A stretch of 64,000 nt of DNA from an uncultured beta proteobacterium (GCA_963844485.1 CAWJOQ010000002.1:192328-256327); one strand, 5' to 3'. Counted from the first letter of the stretch, positions 1 through 12,939 are shown. Translations and numbers: made by a program. The notes: generated by a model not told the origin, from the sequence alone.

Positions 1-832
1 GCCATCGACACCCCCAGGGCGATGACCTGCTTGCCCTGGTGGCGCACCTTGACCGCCGGCGGGTCGATCGTGCCGCGCCGGATGTCGGCAATGTCGCCCA
101 GCGTCAGCGTGCTGGCCTGGCCGGTGGCGCTGTTGACCGCCCGGATCGGGAAGCGCCGCAAATCGTCGACCGAGCGCAGCGCGCCCTGCACCCGCACCTG
201 GAAGTTCTGCGTCCCGGCATCGAGCAGGCCGGCGCCTTCCACGGCATTCTGTGCCGCCAGCTGGCCGATCACCTGGTTGAAGTCCAGGCCCAGCGCCGCC
301 AGCCGCTTCTGCGAGATCTCGACAAAGATCTTCTCGGCCTGGACGCCGAACAGTTCCACCTTGGCCACATCGGCCACCCGCAGCAGCTGGGTGCGCACCC
401 GTTCGGCAAAGACGCGCAGTTCCTCGTCGCGAAAAGCCGTCGGCCGACAGCGCAAAGATGCTGCCGTAGACGTCGCCAAAATCATCGTTGAAGACCGGCC
501 CGAGTCACCCCCTGCGGCAGGGTGTTGCGCATGTCGCCGATCTTCTTGCGCACCTGGTACCAGGTGCCGGTCACGTCCTTGGGCGGGGTGCTGTCCTTGA
601 GCTCCAGCAGGGTCAGCGATTCGCCCGGCTTGGTGTAGCTGCGGATCACGTCGCTGTTGGGCACCTCTTGCAAGGCCCGCTCGATCTTGTCGGTCACCTG
701 CTCGGCCACCTGCTGCGCCGTGGCGCCGGGCCAGAAGGCCTGCACCACCATCACCCGGAAGGTGAAGGGTGGGTCTTCGTCCTGCCCCAGCTGGAAGTAG
801 GCGGCCACGCCCAGCACCAGCATCACCAGCAT
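1..832 (-). CDS. RND efflux pump permease (AcrB/HAE1-like), N-terminal part. The gene runs off the left edge of the window. There is an apparent frameshift near 480-490.
   Basis: The minus-strand ORF 482..832 starts MLVMLVLGVAAYFQLGQDEDPPFTF, which is a typical AcrB N-terminus. The minus-strand translation of 1..480 continues with NDDFGDVYGSIFALSADGFS, a porter-domain sequence, but in a different frame. Confidence 0.7.
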
Positions 833-931
833 CAGGTAGCGGGTCAGGGCCGGGATGCTCCAGCGCCCAGCGTGAGATGTTGAAACCGGCGGACGTGGCG
901 CCCGGGGTGGCGGTGTTGGACATGGCGCTGC

Positions 932-2106
932 TCAGCGTGACGCCGCGGGGGTGGCAGCGGGGGTGGCCTGGGCAGCCGCTTGCGTGCCAGACGCTGCCCC
1001 AGGCGCACTGCCCGGAGCCATCGGCGCAGCCACCGCCCCCGGCTCGGCATACCAGCGCACCACCTGGCCCGGCGTCAGGGCGTGCACCCCGGCCGTCACC
1101 ACCGCCTGGCCGGGCTGCAGCCCGCCAGCCACCACCACCAGGTTGCCGTCAGCACCGGCCACCGCAATCGGCTGGGGCTGCACCGTCATCGCTGCGCGGT
1201 CGACCAGCCAGACGCTGGTCTGCCCGCCCTGCTCGAACACGGCGGTCAGCGGCAACTTGATGACGCCGGGCACCGGCGGCGTGGCCACCAGCACCGTGGC
1301 CGTCTGGCCCAGGCGCAAGGCGGTGCGGCCGATGTCGGCCCGGACCAGGAAGGTGCGGGTCACCGGGTCGGCCGCGGCAGCCACTTCGCGCACCGTGGCA
1401 GCGGCCGTGGCGGCACTGCCCCAGGGCTTGAGCTGCACCGCACCGGCCCGGCCCAGGGCGGCGCGCATGTCGGCGGCGCGGTCCTCGGGCACGCTGAACA
1501 CGGCATCGCGCGGGCCGTCGTGGGCCAGGCGCAGCACCGGCGCACCGGCACCCAGCACCGCGCCGGGCTCTGCATCGACAGCCGTGACGATGCCAGGCAC
1601 CTCGGCCTTCAGCACTGCATAAGCGGCCTGGTTGCTCTGCAGCTTGGCCTGGGCGATGGCCTGGGCGGTCTGGCTGCGGGTGGCCTGCAAGGCTGATTCG
1701 CGCCGCTCCAGGTCGGCACCGCTGATGAAGCCCTGCGCCCGCAGCGTGGCGTAGCGCTTGAACTCGGCTTCGGCAAAGGCCAGCTGGGCCTGCGCTGCGG
1801 CCAGTGCCGCCCGCGCTGCGTCCTGGCCCAGGCGCAGGTCCACCGGGTCGATCTCGGCCAGCGCCTGGCCGGCCTTGACCATGTCGCCCACATTCACCAT
1901 GCGCCGCACCAGCTTGCCGCCGACGCGGAACGCTGGTCGGCTTTCCGCCCGGGCGCGCACCTCGGCCGGGTATTCATGCTGCAAATTGGCACTGCCGGCC
2001 TGCACCGTGAGCGTGCGCACGGCCCGCACCGGGTCGGGCAGCGGCGCAGGTTTGCTGCAGGCGGCCAGCAGGCCAATCACAAACAGGGGCAGCAAGGTCA
2101 GACGCA
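932..2106 (-). CDS. RND efflux membrane-fusion protein (periplasmic adaptor, HlyD-like lipoprotein)
   Basis: The internal Met gives MRLTLLPLFVIGLLAACS (a lipobox), followed by coiled-coil and beta-barrel MFP-like sequence. It lies immediately upstream of the RND permease on the same strand. The listed ORF 932..2890 is an N-terminal over-extension. Confidence 0.8.
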
Positions 2107-2350
2107 TGGGCAAGGCCGGTGGGTTGAACAATGGCCGCCAGGCACGCTGTGCGCAGCACGCACAGCCGTTAATGACCAACCAGTCAGTAATATAGAAGTC
2201 AGGCCGCATGCTGTCAAACCAGGCCAGGTGCGCGGGCGGCGCCAATCCAGGCGACCGATGGGCCCCGGTGACAGGGCCGCAGCAGGCCAGCAACGCCCTG
2301 GACGCCCGGGCCCGCAGGGCGCCAGCCGCCTGCCCGTTGACAATCGGGCG

Positions 2351-3216
2351 GTGAGCGTTGACCACTATGAAAACTTTCCCGTCGCGTCCCTGCTGTGCCC
2401 GCCTGCCATGCGTGCTGGCGTGACAGCCCTCTACCACTTCGCCCGCACGGCCGACGACATCGCCGACGAGGGCGATGCAGTGGCCGAGACCCGCCGCCAG
2501 CAACTGCTGCATTACCGGCAGACGCTGCTGGCCGCCGCTGCCGGCCAGCCGGTGCAGGGTGCCTGGGCGGCGGTGTTCGACCCGCTGGTGCTGGCCATCG
2601 CCCGGCACCAGTTGCCGCTTGGCCTGCTCACCGATCTGCTCGACGCCTTCCACCAGGACACCTACAACCCGCGCTATGCCGACCGGGCCCAGCTGCTGGA
2701 CTATTGCCGCCGCTCGGCCAATCCTGTGGGCCGGCTGATGCTGCACATGGCCGGTGTGCAGGGTGCGCAGGCGCTGGCGCAATCCGACGCGATCTGCAGT
2801 GCCTTGCAGTTGATCAACTTCTGGCAAGACCCCAGCCTGGACCTGCCGCGCGGCCGCCACTACCTGCCCGAAGCCGATGCCCTGCGCCACGGCCTGACCC
2901 TGGACCAGCTGGCAGCAGCAAGCCGACAGCCCGGCCAGCCAGGCCTTGCTGCGCGACGCTGTGCCACTGGGCCGGCAGCTTGATGGCCGAAGGCGCGCCG
3001 CTGGCCTGCCAGGTGCCAGGCCGCCTGGGCTGGGAACTGCGCCTGGTGGTGCAAGGTGGCTTGCGCATCCTTGAGAGAATCAGCGCGATGCACTACCGCA
3101 CCCTGCGCCAGCGGCCCACGCTGGGCGCCTCCGACCTGCCTGTGATGCTGTGGCGCGCCGCTGCGCATGCGCCCGGCCCGGCCCACCCCCGGATTCCGCC
3201 TGGCCTGACACGCGCG
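2351..3216 (+). CDS. hpnC: Hydroxysqualene synthase HpnC (squalene/phytoene synthase family), frameshifted around 2950-2990
   Basis: VDHYENFPVASLLCPPAMRAGVTALYHFARTADDIADEG in frame 2 (GTG start about 2351). The C-terminal half (RILERISAMHYRTLRQRPTLG) is in frame 1 and runs into hpnD. Confidence 0.65.
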
Positions 3217-4071
3217 ATGAGCACCACGCCCCAGCAATACGTGCAGGACAAGGCCGCCGGCAGCGGCAGCTCGTTCTACTACGCCTTCCTGTTCCTGCCG
3301 CCGCCGCGGCGCGCGGCCATCACCGCGTTCTACGCCTTCTGCCGCGAGGTGGACGACGTGGTCGACGAGATGCGCGACGCCGGCGTGGCCGCCACCAAGC
3401 TGGCCTGGTGGCAGCAGGAGGTGGGCCGCGCCTTTGCCGGCGGCGCCACCCACCCGGTGACCCAGGCGCTGATGCCGCACACCGCCACTTACGGCATCAC
3501 CGCCGAGCACCTGCTGGCGGTGATCGAAGGCTGCCGCATGGACCTGGAGCAGACCCGCTACCTCGATCTCCCCGGCCTGCTGCGCTATTGCCACCTGGTG
3601 GCCGGCATCGTCGGCGAGGTGGCGGCGCGCATCTTCGGCCACACCGACCCCCAGACCATCGCCTACGCCCACCGCCTGGGCCGGGCGCTGCAGCTCACCA
3701 ACATCATCCGCGACGTCGGTGACGACGCCCGGCGCGGCCGCATCTACCTGCCGGTGAGCGAACTGCAGCAGTTCGACGTGAAGGCGCATGAGCTGCTCAA
3801 GCGCGACAAGCCCTGGGGCTACAGCGACCGCTTCACCGCGCTGATGCGCTTCCAGGCCGACCGCGCCCATGCCACCTACGACGAAGCCCTGGCCATGCTG
3901 CCCGAGGCCGACCGGCTGGCGCAGAAGCCCGGCCTGATGATGGCCAACATCTACCGCAGCCTGCTGCGCGAGATCGAGGCCGACGGCTTCCAGGTGCTGC
4001 ACCAGCGCACCTCGCTCACCCCCATCCGCAAGCTGTGGATCGCGCTGATGACCCACTGGCGCGGCCGGTGA
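3217..4071 (+). CDS. hpnD: Presqualene diphosphate synthase HpnD
   Basis: MSTTPQQYVQDKAAGSGSSFYYAFLFLPPPRRAAITAFYAFCREVDDVVDE ... YCHLVAGIVG ... DARRGRIYLP. These are squalene-synthase-family Asp-rich motifs. Confidence 0.8.
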   Translation: MSTTPQQYVQDKAAGSGSSFYYAFLFLPPPRRAAITAFYAFCREVDDVVDEMRDAGVAATKLAWWQQEVGRAFAGGATHPVTQALMPHTATYGITAEHLLAVIEGCRMDLEQTRYLDLPGLLRYCHLVAGIVGEVAARIFGHTDPQTIAYAHRLGRALQLTNIIRDVGDDARRGRIYLPVSELQQFDVKAHELLKRDKPWGYSDRFTALMRFQADRAHATYDEALAMLPEADRLAQKPGLMMANIYRSLLREIEADGFQVLHQRTSLTPIRKLWIALMTHWRGR

Positions 4072-4111
4072 GCGCCCAGCCGCCGCCGGCCACCCGGCCG
4101 GCGCACCGCAA

Positions 4112-5409
4112 GTGGCGGTGGTCGGCGCAGGCTGGGCCGGGCTGGCCGCTGCCGTGCGGCTGGTGCAGGGCGGCGCCAGCGTCAGCGTCTTCGAGATGGC
4201 CCGCCGGCCCGGCGGGCGCGCCCGCCAGGCCGACGGCGCTGGCCAGGGCTTCGACAACGGCCAGCACATCCTGATCGGCGCCTACAGCGCCACGCTGGGC
4301 CTGATGCGCAGCGTCGGCGCCGACCCCGACCAGCTGCTGCTGCGCCAGCCGCTGGCCCTGGTCGACCCCGCCGGCCGCGGGCTGCGCTTGCCGCCCGGGC
4401 CGGCCGCTGCCGGCCTTTGCCCGCGCGGTGCTGGGCGCACGGCACTGGGCCTGGGCCGACCGCCTGGCGCTGCTGGCCGCAGCCAGCGGCTGGCTGGCGC
4501 GGCGCTTCCGCTGCCCGGCGGACTGGACGGTGCAGCAACTGTGCGGCCGGCTGCCGGCCGCTGTGCAGGCCGACGCTGATCGACCCGCTGTGCGTGGCCG
4601 CGCTGAACACGCCGATGGCGCAGGCCAGCGCCGCCGTGTTCCTGCGCGTGCTGCGGGACGCCCTGTTCAGCGGCCGCGGCAGCGCCGACCTGCTGCTGCC
4701 CCGCGCGCCGCTGTCGGCCTTGCTGCCGGACCCGGCCTGGCACTGGCTGGCCGCAGCACGGCGCGGCGCTGCACACCGGCCACCGGGTGCGGCAGCTGCA
4801 GGCAGACGGCCAGCGCTGGCGGCTCGACGGCGCGGCCTTCGACGCGCGTGGTGCTGGCCTGCAGCGCCACCGAGGCCGCCCGCCTGGCCGCGCCGCTCGC
4901 GCCCGCTTGGGCCGCCATGGCCAGCGCCCTGCGCTACGAACCCATCGCCACCGCCTGGCTGCGCGACGACCAGCTGCAGCACGCGCAAGCCGATGGTGGC
5001 CTTGCCGCCAGGGCCGCAGGCGCCGGCCCAGTTCGCCTTCAACCTGGGCCAGCTGCACCATGACCCGGCCTCCCGCGGGATCTGGACCTTCGTGGCCAGC
5101 AGCGCCGCGCCATGGCTGGCCAACGGCCTGGCAGCCTGCGGACAAGCGCTGCTGGCGCAAGCCCGGCAGGCCTTTGCGGGCAGCTTCGGCGGGCCAGATG
5201 GCCAGGTGCTGCTGCACACCGCCGCCGAACGGCGCGCCACCTTTGCCTGCACGCCGGCGCTGGCGCGCCCGCCAGCGCAGGTCGCCCCGGGCCTGCTGGC
5301 AGCCGGCGACCATGTGCAAGGCCCCTACCCCGCCACGCTGGAGGGTGCAGTGCGTTGCGGCCTGGCCGCCGCCGAGGCTTGCCTGCATCCCGCCGCCGAA
5401 CCGTCTTGA
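4112..5409 (+). CDS. hpnE: Hydroxysqualene dehydroxylase HpnE (FAD-dependent amine-oxidase family), split over at least 5 frame segments
   Basis: A GTG start gives VAVVGAGWAGLAAAVRL (a dinucleotide-binding motif). Later segments (LIDPLCVAALNTP, VVLACSATEAARLA, FAFNLGQLHHDP, LLAAGDHVQGPYPATLEGAVRCG) sit in three different frames. Confidence 0.7.
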
Positions 5410-5471
5410 AGGGTCCACGATGCACTACGGGGTTTCGCCATGCAAAATAGGCGCAAACCCCAGGACACGCC

Positions 5472-6245
5472 ATGACGACCCCCAAAACCGGCCAGACACC
5501 CGCCATCCAGGTCATCGAGCGCATGTTCTCCCTGCTGGATGCCCTGGCTGCACACCAGGACCCGGTGTCGCTGAAGCTGCTCAGCGAGCGCACCGGCCTG
5601 CACCCGTCCACCGCGCACCGCATCCTCAATGACCTGGCCATCGGCCGCTTTGTCGACCGGCCCGAAGCCGGCAGTTACCGCCTGGGCATGCGCCTGCTGG
5701 AACTGGGCAACCTGGTGAAAGCGCGGCTGGATGTGCGCGACGCGGCCATCGGGCCGATGCGTGAGCTGCACAAGCTGACCCACCAGCCGGTGAACCTGTC
5801 GGTGCGCCAGGGCGACGAAATCGTCTACATCGAGCGCACCTACAGCGAACGGTCGGGCATGCAGGTGGTGCGTGCCGTGGGCGGCCGGGCGCCCTTGCAC
5901 CTCACGTCGGTGGGCAAGTTGTTCCTGGCCCATGAAGACCCGCAGCGTGTGCGCACCTATGCAGCGCGCACCGGCTTGTCGGGCCACACCCGCAACAGCA
6001 TCACCGACCTCAGCCGCCTGGAGCGTGAGCTGGCCCTGGTGCGGCAGAACAGCCTGGCGCGCGACAACGAAGAGCTGGAGCTGGGCGTGCGCTGCATGGC
6101 CGCCGGCATCTATGACGACCAAGGCCGGCTGGTGGCCGGCCTGTCGGTGTCAGCGCCGGCAGACCGGCTGGAAGAATCCTGGGCCGACCAGGTGCGGGCC
6201 ACGGCAGCGCAAATTTCACTGGCGCTGGGCCACCGCAGCAGCTGA
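5472..6245 (+). CDS. IclR-family transcriptional regulator
   Basis: A 257-aa intact ORF with an N-terminal HTH (LKLLSERTGLHPSTAHRILNDL) and a C-terminal IclR effector domain. Confidence 0.85.
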   Translation: MTTPKTGQTPAIQVIERMFSLLDALAAHQDPVSLKLLSERTGLHPSTAHRILNDLAIGRFVDRPEAGSYRLGMRLLELGNLVKARLDVRDAAIGPMRELHKLTHQPVNLSVRQGDEIVYIERTYSERSGMQVVRAVGGRAPLHLTSVGKLFLAHEDPQRVRTYAARTGLSGHTRNSITDLSRLERELALVRQNSLARDNEELELGVRCMAAGIYDDQGRLVAGLSVSAPADRLEESWADQVRATAAQISLALGHRSS

Positions 6246-6289
6246 TCGCTGCATGGGGCCGGCTGTGCTGGTCAGCGCCGACGGGCGAC

Positions 6290-6347
6290 CAGCGGGCGCA
6301 AGGGTGTGCCGGCTGTCAGCCCTGGCGGGCCAATCTGCCCGCTGTCA
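6290..6347. repeat. Direct duplication of about 21 bp (GCTGTCAGCCCTGGCGGGCCA) at the 3' end of the PBP7-like gene
   Basis: In ggctgtcagccctggcgggccaatctgcccgctgtcagccctggcgggccac, the second copy contains the gene's stop codon. Confidence 0.6.
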
Positions 6348-7387
6348 GCCCTGGCGGGCCACAGGCACCGCCGCCGGCAAGGCCACCGACCCCAGCCACT
6401 TGCGGATGCGCTCGGCATCGCCAATGCGGGAGTACTTGCCGGTGGAATCCAGCAGCACCATGATCAGCTTGCGGCCGGCCAGATGCGCCTGCATCACCAG
6501 GCAGCGGCCTGCTTCGACGATGTAGCCAGTCTTCTGCAGGCCGATCTCCCATTGCGGGTTGCTGATCAGACCGTTGGTGTTGCGGAACTGCATGACCCGC
6601 TGGCCCACCGCCACTTGCGCTTCTTGCGAGGTGGACAGTTCACGCAGCAGCGGCACCTGGTGGGCCGCACGCACCAGCACCGCCAGGTCTTGCGCGCTGG
6701 ACTGGTTCTTGCTCGACAGGCCAGTCGGCTCGACGTAGTGGGTGTCACGCATGCCGAGCGCGGCGGCCTTGCGGTTCATGGCGTCCACAAATGCAGGCAG
6801 GCCGCCCGGGTGGTGGCGCCCCAGCGCATTGGCCGCGCGGTTCTCCGACGACATCAGCGCCAGGTGCATCATCTCGCCACGGGTGAGTTGGGTGCCCACC
6901 GACAGGCGCGAGCGGCTGCCTTTTTCGGTGTCGATGTCGTCCTGGGTGACGGTGAGCACCTCGTCCAGCGACACCCTGGATTCAGCCACCACCAGCCCGG
7001 TCATCAGCTTGGTGATCGATGCGATGGGCAACACGGCGCCCGGGTTCTTGCTGAACAACACCTCATTGGTGTCTTGGTCGATCACCAGGGCCACACTGGA
7101 TTTCAGGTCGAGCGGATCGGCGTTGTCATGCAGGCCCAGGACCTGGCCGAAGCTGGGCTGCGCCGGCACCACCGGTACGGCGACCACACGCCGGGATTGG
7201 GCCGCACGCACCACGACCGGGCGCTGCGCGCTGCGGGCCTTGGTCACCTTGGCGGGACGGCGCGCAGGCGCGGCTTTGCCGGACTTGGATGCGCTGGCGC
7301 GCTGGCCATCCTGACGCGCCTGGGCAGGCGTGCCGATGGTCAGGGCCGCACACAGGGCCAGCAACAACATCGGCAGGGTCAGTTTCA
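6345..7387 (-). CDS. D-alanyl-D-alanine endopeptidase/carboxypeptidase (PBP7/PbpG-like, peptidase S11)
   Basis: It has a signal peptide (MKLTLPMLLLALCAALTIGTPAQA), an SITK (SxxK) motif, SSEN (SxN), and a KTG motif. Confidence 0.8.
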
Positions 7388-7507
7388 TGAGAATCCAGGA
7401 TGGCAGGTGGGAGAACCAGACGCATCTTGAGTGTAGGCCACCCCAAAAACACATGCAAGATCAAAAACTTGCGTGTGTTTTGTAAAGTAAATCCACCTGC
7501 CCCGGGC

Positions 7508-9049
7508 TCAACCCTGTGCGGCGACGCGCTCGGTCTTGGAATGCAGCTTGTTCAACGCCGCCAGATACGCCTTGGCCGAGGCCACGACGATGTCCGGGTC
7601 GGCGCCAACGCCGTTGACCACGCGGCCACCATGTTGCAATCGCACCGTGACCTCGCCTTGCGATTCTGTGCTGCCACTGGTGATGGCATTGACCGAATAG
7701 AGCACCAGTTCGGCGCCACTTCCCACCTGGGATTCAATCGCCTTCAAGCTGGCATCGACCGGGCCGTTGCCATCACTTTCGGCGCTGTGCTCCACGCCAC
7801 CAGCGGCAAACACCACCGCCGCCTGCGGCCGTTCACCGGTCTCGGAATGCTGGCGCAGCGACACCAGACGGTAGTGCTCCTGCTCCCGCGTCACACTTTC
7901 GTCACTGGCCAGGGCAATGATGTCTTCGTCGAAGATTTCCGCCTTGCGGTCGGCCAAGTCCTTGAAGCGCGCAAACGCCGTGTTGATGTCGGCCTCGCTC
8001 TGCATCTCGATGCCCAGTTCCTGCAGGCGCTGCTTGAAGGCGTTGCGCCCGCTGAGCTTGCCCAGCACGATCTTGTTGGCGGCCCAGCCCACGTCTTCGG
8101 CGCGCATGATTTCGTAGGTGTCGCGGGCCTTCAGCACGCCGTCCTGGTGGATGCCGCTGGCATGGGCGAAGGCATTGGCGCCGACCACGGCCTTGTTGGG
8201 CTGCACCACAAAACCGGTGGTCTGGCTGACCATGCGCGAGGCCGCAACGATCTGGGTGGCATCGATGCCGACATCCAGGCCAAAGTAGTCGCGCCGGGTC
8301 TTGACCGCCATCACCACCTCTTCGAGCGAGCAGTTGCCAGCCCGCTCGCCCAGTCCGTTGATGGTGCATTCCACCTGCCGCGCGCCGCCGAGCTTGACCC
8401 CGGCCAGCGAATTGGCCACCGCCATGCCCAGGTCGTTGTGGCAGTGCACGCTCCAGATCACCTTGTCGCTGTTGGGGATGCGCTCACGCAGGCTGCGGAT
8501 GAATTCGCCGTACAGCTCTGGCACTGCATAGCCCACGGTGTCAGGGATGTTCAGCGTGGTGGCACCTTCCTTGATCACCGCCTCCAGCACCCGGCACAGG
8601 AAGTCGGGGTCCGAGCGGTAGCCGTCTTCGGGGCTGAATTCAATGTCGCCACACAGGTTGCGGGCAAAGCGCACTGACAGCTTGGCCTGCTCGAACACCT
8701 GGTCGGGCGACATGCGCAGCTTCTTTTCCATGTGCAGTGCACTGGTGGCGATGAAGGTGTGGATGCGGGCTCGCTTGGCGCCCACCAGCGCCTCGGCGGC
8801 GCGGCCGATGTCACGGTCGTTGGCGCGCGCCAGCGAGCAGACCGTCGACTCCTTGATGGCATGCGCAATCGCCTTCACGCATTCAAAGTCGCCATTGCTC
8901 GACGCCGCAAAGCCGGCCTCGATCACATCGACCTTCAAGCGCTCCAGTTGGCGGGCGATGCGCAGCTTTTCATCGCGTGTCATGGACGCGCCGGGCGATT
9001 GCTCGCCATCGCGCAAGGTGGTGTCGAAGATGATCAGTTGGTCGGCCAT
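7508..9049 (-). CDS. leuA: 2-isopropylmalate synthase (short bacterial form, 513 aa)
   Basis: [23 protein letters not shown] ... [16 protein letters not shown]. It is an intact, canonical LeuA. Confidence 0.9.
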   Translation of the reverse strand: MADQLIIFDTTLRDGEQSPGASMTRDEKLRIARQLERLKVDVIEAGFAASSNGDFECVKAIAHAIKESTVCSLARANDRDIGRAAEALVGAKRARIHTFIATSALHMEKKLRMSPDQVFEQAKLSVRFARNLCGDIEFSPEDGYRSDPDFLCRVLEAVIKEGATTLNIPDTVGYAVPELYGEFIRSLRERIPNSDKVIWSVHCHNDLGMAVANSLAGVKLGGARQVECTINGLGERAGNCSLEEVVMAVKTRRDYFGLDVGIDATQIVAASRMVSQTTGFVVQPNKAVVGANAFAHASGIHQDGVLKARDTYEIMRAEDVGWAANKIVLGKLSGRNAFKQRLQELGIEMQSEADINTAFARFKDLADRKAEIFDEDIIALASDESVTREQEHYRLVSLRQHSETGERPQAAVVFAAGGVEHSAESDGNGPVDASLKAIESQVGSGAELVLYSVNAITSGSTESQGEVTVRLQHGGRVVNGVGADPDIVVASAKAYLAALNKLHSKTERVAAQG

Positions 9050-9082
9050 GGTGGGGTGCTCCTCGGTGTGGGGTGGCGCAGC

Positions 9083-10795
9083 TCAGGCGGTGGTGGCAGG
9101 GTTGGCAACGCTCGCCACGGCTGGGCCCAGGCTGGCGCCGCTGCGCAACAGGCCAGACACCACAGCCTTCATCGATGCGGTGACGATGTTGGCGTCGATG
9201 CCCATGCCAAACAGCGTGCGAGTATCAGCGATGCGCAATTCCAGATAAGCCGCTGCGCGGGCGCTGGCACCGGTGCCGATGGCATGTTGGTGGTAGTCCA
9301 GCACCGCCAGCGGCACGCCGGTGGCGCGCTGCAGGGCATCGACGAAGGCATCCACCGGGCCATTGCCCTCGCCCTGCACGGCCAGCGCCTGGCCGCCGGC
9401 TTGCACGCGCAGCGCCAGGCGCACCCGGCCGTCAGGCTGCTCATCCATGTGCTGCTCGCTGATCAGCACGCCGCCGTCGCCCAGGTGGTAGGCCTCCTGC
9501 AACAGGCGCAGGATGTCGGCCGAGCTCAGCTCCTTGCCCTGCACGTCCATCACCGATTGCACCGCGCTGGAGAATTCGATCTGCAGCCGCCGCGGCAATT
9601 CCAGCCCGTGGTCGGCCTCCAGCAGATAGCTGATGCCGCCCTTGCCCGACTGGCTGTTGACGCGGATCACCGCGTCATAGCTGCGGCCCAGGTCCTTGGG
9701 GTCGATCGGCAGGTAGGGCATGTTCCAGATGTCGCCCTCGCGGCGTGCGGCAAACGCCTTCTTGATCGCATCCTGGTGCGAGCCGGAAAACGAGGTGTAG
9801 ACCAGGTCGCCCACATACGGGTGGCGCGGGTGCACCGGCAACTGGTTGCAGTGCTCCACCGTGCGGCGCACGCTGTCGATGTCGCTGAAATCCAGGCCCG
9901 GGTGCACACCCTGGGTGTAGAGGTTCAAGGCCAGGTTGACCACGTCGACATTGCCGGTGCGCTCGCCATTGCCGAACAGGCAGCCCTCGATGCGGTCACC
10001 GCCGGCCATGATGGCCAGCTCGGCTGCGGCGGTGCCGGTGCCGCGGTCGTTGTGCGGGTGGATCGACAGCACGATGGCGTCGCGCCGCTCCAGGTGGCGG
10101 TGCATCCACTCCACCATGTCGGCAAAGATGTTGGGCGTGCTGTGCTCGACCGTGGACGGCAGGTTGATGATGCACTTGTGCGCCGGCGTGGGCTGCCACA
10201 CCGCTGTGACCGCATCCACCACCCGCTTGGCAAACGGCAGTTCGGTGCCCGAAAACATCTCGGGTGAATACTGCAGGGTCCAGTGCGTGCCGGGTTGCTG
10301 CGCGGCCAGGTCACGCACCAGGCGGGCATGCTCGGTGGCCAAGGCGACGATGCCGTCCTCGTCCTGCCCCAGCACCACCTGGCGCATCACCGGCGCGGTG
10401 GCGTTGTAGAGGTGCACGATGGCGCGCGGCACGCCCACCAGGGCCTCGAAGCTGCGGGTGATCAGGTGGTCGCGGGCCTGGGTCAGCACCTGGATGGTGA
10501 CGTCGTCCGGGATCAGCTGCTCATCGATCAACAGGCGCACAAAGTCGAAGTCGGCTTGCGACGCCGACGGAAAGCCGACTTCGATCTCCTTGAAGCCGAT
10601 GCGCACCAGCATCTGGAACATGCGCAGCTTGCGCGCCGGGTCCATCGGCTCGATCAGCGCCTGGTTGCCATCGCGCAGATCGACACTGCACCACACCGGT
10701 GGGCGGGTGATCACCGCATCGGGCCAGCTGCGGTCGGTCAGGCGCACCGGGGCGAAGGCGCGGTACTTGGCGGCGGGATCTGGAAGCATGGGCAT
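9083..10795 (-). CDS. 2-isopropylmalate synthase, long form (570 aa). It is a LeuA2-type paralog and could alternatively be a citramalate synthase.
   Basis: [13 protein letters not shown] ... [37 protein letters not shown], plus a C-terminal LeuA dimerisation/regulatory domain. Confidence 0.85.
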   Translation of the reverse strand: MPMLPDPAAKYRAFAPVRLTDRSWPDAVITRPPVWCSVDLRDGNQALIEPMDPARKLRMFQMLVRIGFKEIEVGFPSASQADFDFVRLLIDEQLIPDDVTIQVLTQARDHLITRSFEALVGVPRAIVHLYNATAPVMRQVVLGQDEDGIVALATEHARLVRDLAAQQPGTHWTLQYSPEMFSGTELPFAKRVVDAVTAVWQPTPAHKCIINLPSTVEHSTPNIFADMVEWMHRHLERRDAIVLSIHPHNDRGTGTAAAELAIMAGGDRIEGCLFGNGERTGNVDVVNLALNLYTQGVHPGLDFSDIDSVRRTVEHCNQLPVHPRHPYVGDLVYTSFSGSHQDAIKKAFAARREGDIWNMPYLPIDPKDLGRSYDAVIRVNSQSGKGGISYLLEADHGLELPRRLQIEFSSAVQSVMDVQGKELSSADILRLLQEAYHLGDGGVLISEQHMDEQPDGRVRLALRVQAGGQALAVQGEGNGPVDAFVDALQRATGVPLAVLDYHQHAIGTGASARAAAYLELRIADTRTLFGMGIDANIVTASMKAVVSGLLRSGASLGPAVASVANPATTA

Positions 10796-10997
10796 GGTGT
10801 TCTCCGTGGTCGAACTGGGTGGGTGCTGCGCCGCAGTTCGGGGAGAGGCTTCCAGAAACAGAAACGGCCCGCTGCGTAACGCTGGCGGGCCGTGGATCCT
10901 GAAAAACTGAAGACGAGGAAACCTAGCGCGCCGGCGGCACGCCTAGTAGCAAAGTCTGTCTGAATGGATTCCATAGCTGTTGAATGTAGCACAGCGC

Positions 10998-11822
10998 TCA
11001 GCGGTGCAAGCCAATCTCGTCCGGCTCGTCGGTGCTGGTCGCGATCACGCTCACCGGCTTGCCCTTGAACTTGCGCCAGGCATACACCAGGTAACCAGAA
11101 ATGCCGTAGGCGCAGAACAAGGCAAACAGCACCCGCGGCGGGTCGAGGCTGACCACGGCAATCACCAGCATGATGGCCACCAGCACCACGAACGGCACCG
11201 TGCGCCGGCCGCCGAACACCTTGAAGCTGTAGAACGGCGCGTTGGTCACCATCGACAGCCCCGCATACAGCGTGACGCCAAAGGCCGACCACGCGGCCCA
11301 GTCGATGCGGCCGACGTTTTTCACGCCGGCATCGTCGACCACCCAGATCAGGCCCATCACCAGCGCCGCCGCAGCCGGGCTGGGCAGGCCCTGGAAGAAG
11401 CGCTTGTCGACCACGCCGATGTTGACGTTGAAGCGCGCCAGGCGCAGCGCAGCCCCCGCGATGTAGACAAAGGCCGGGATCCAGCCCGGCTTGCCCAGGT
11501 CTTGCAGCGCCCATTGGTAGACGATCAGTGCCGGCGCAGCGCCAAAGCTCACCATGTCGGCCAAGCTGTCCATCTGCTCGCCAAAGGCACTCTGGGTGTT
11601 GGTCATGCGCGCCACGCGGCCGTCCAGGCTGTCCAGCACGGCGGCGGCAAAAATCGCAATGCACGCGATGTCGAACCGGCCGTTCATCGCCATCACGATG
11701 GCATAGAAGCTGGCAAACAGCGCCGACAGCGTGATGGCGTTGGGCAGGGCATAAATGCCCTTGCGCCGCGTGAGCGCAGGCACCGCAGGTTCGTCGTGGT
11801 CGGATGGAGGCAATGCAGTCAT
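10998..11822 (-). CDS. pssA: CDP-diacylglycerol--serine O-phosphatidyltransferase
   Basis: It has the CDP-alcohol phosphatidyltransferase motif DSLDGRVAR ... G ... D. It is a multi-TM protein and the start MTALPPSDHDEP was chosen. It lies between ilvC and leuA, as in the Burkholderiales ilv-leu cluster. Confidence 0.85.
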   Translation of the reverse strand: MTALPPSDHDEPAVPALTRRKGIYALPNAITLSALFASFYAIVMAMNGRFDIACIAIFAAAVLDSLDGRVARMTNTQSAFGEQMDSLADMVSFGAAPALIVYQWALQDLGKPGWIPAFVYIAGAALRLARFNVNIGVVDKRFFQGLPSPAAAALVMGLIWVVDDAGVKNVGRIDWAAWSAFGVTLYAGLSMVTNAPFYSFKVFGGRRTVPFVVLVAIMLVIAVVSLDPPRVLFALFCAYGISGYLVYAWRKFKGKPVSVIATSTDEPDEIGLHR

Positions 11823-11889
11823 CGGCGGCGAGGATAGCGCACAAGCAAGAAGCCGCCCGAAGGCGGCTTCTGTCGTCAGCTGCAAGCGA

Positions 11890-12939
<1,050 letters not shown>

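Noticed and set aside
1-2106. RND pump as the hopanoid transporter HpnN
   Set aside because: The permease starts like AcrB/HAE1 and is preceded by its own MFP lipoprotein. HpnN is an MFP-less HAE3/MMPL-type transporter, and the pair is divergent from hpnCDE rather than in the same operon.
6306-10267. Long plus-strand ORFs (6306..7430, 7400..8677, 8732..10267) opposite the PBP7 and leuA genes
   Set aside because: They are antisense shadow ORFs, which are typical of ~70% GC DNA. Their products are Arg/Ala/Gly-rich with no domain signatures, whereas the minus-strand genes are clearly conserved.
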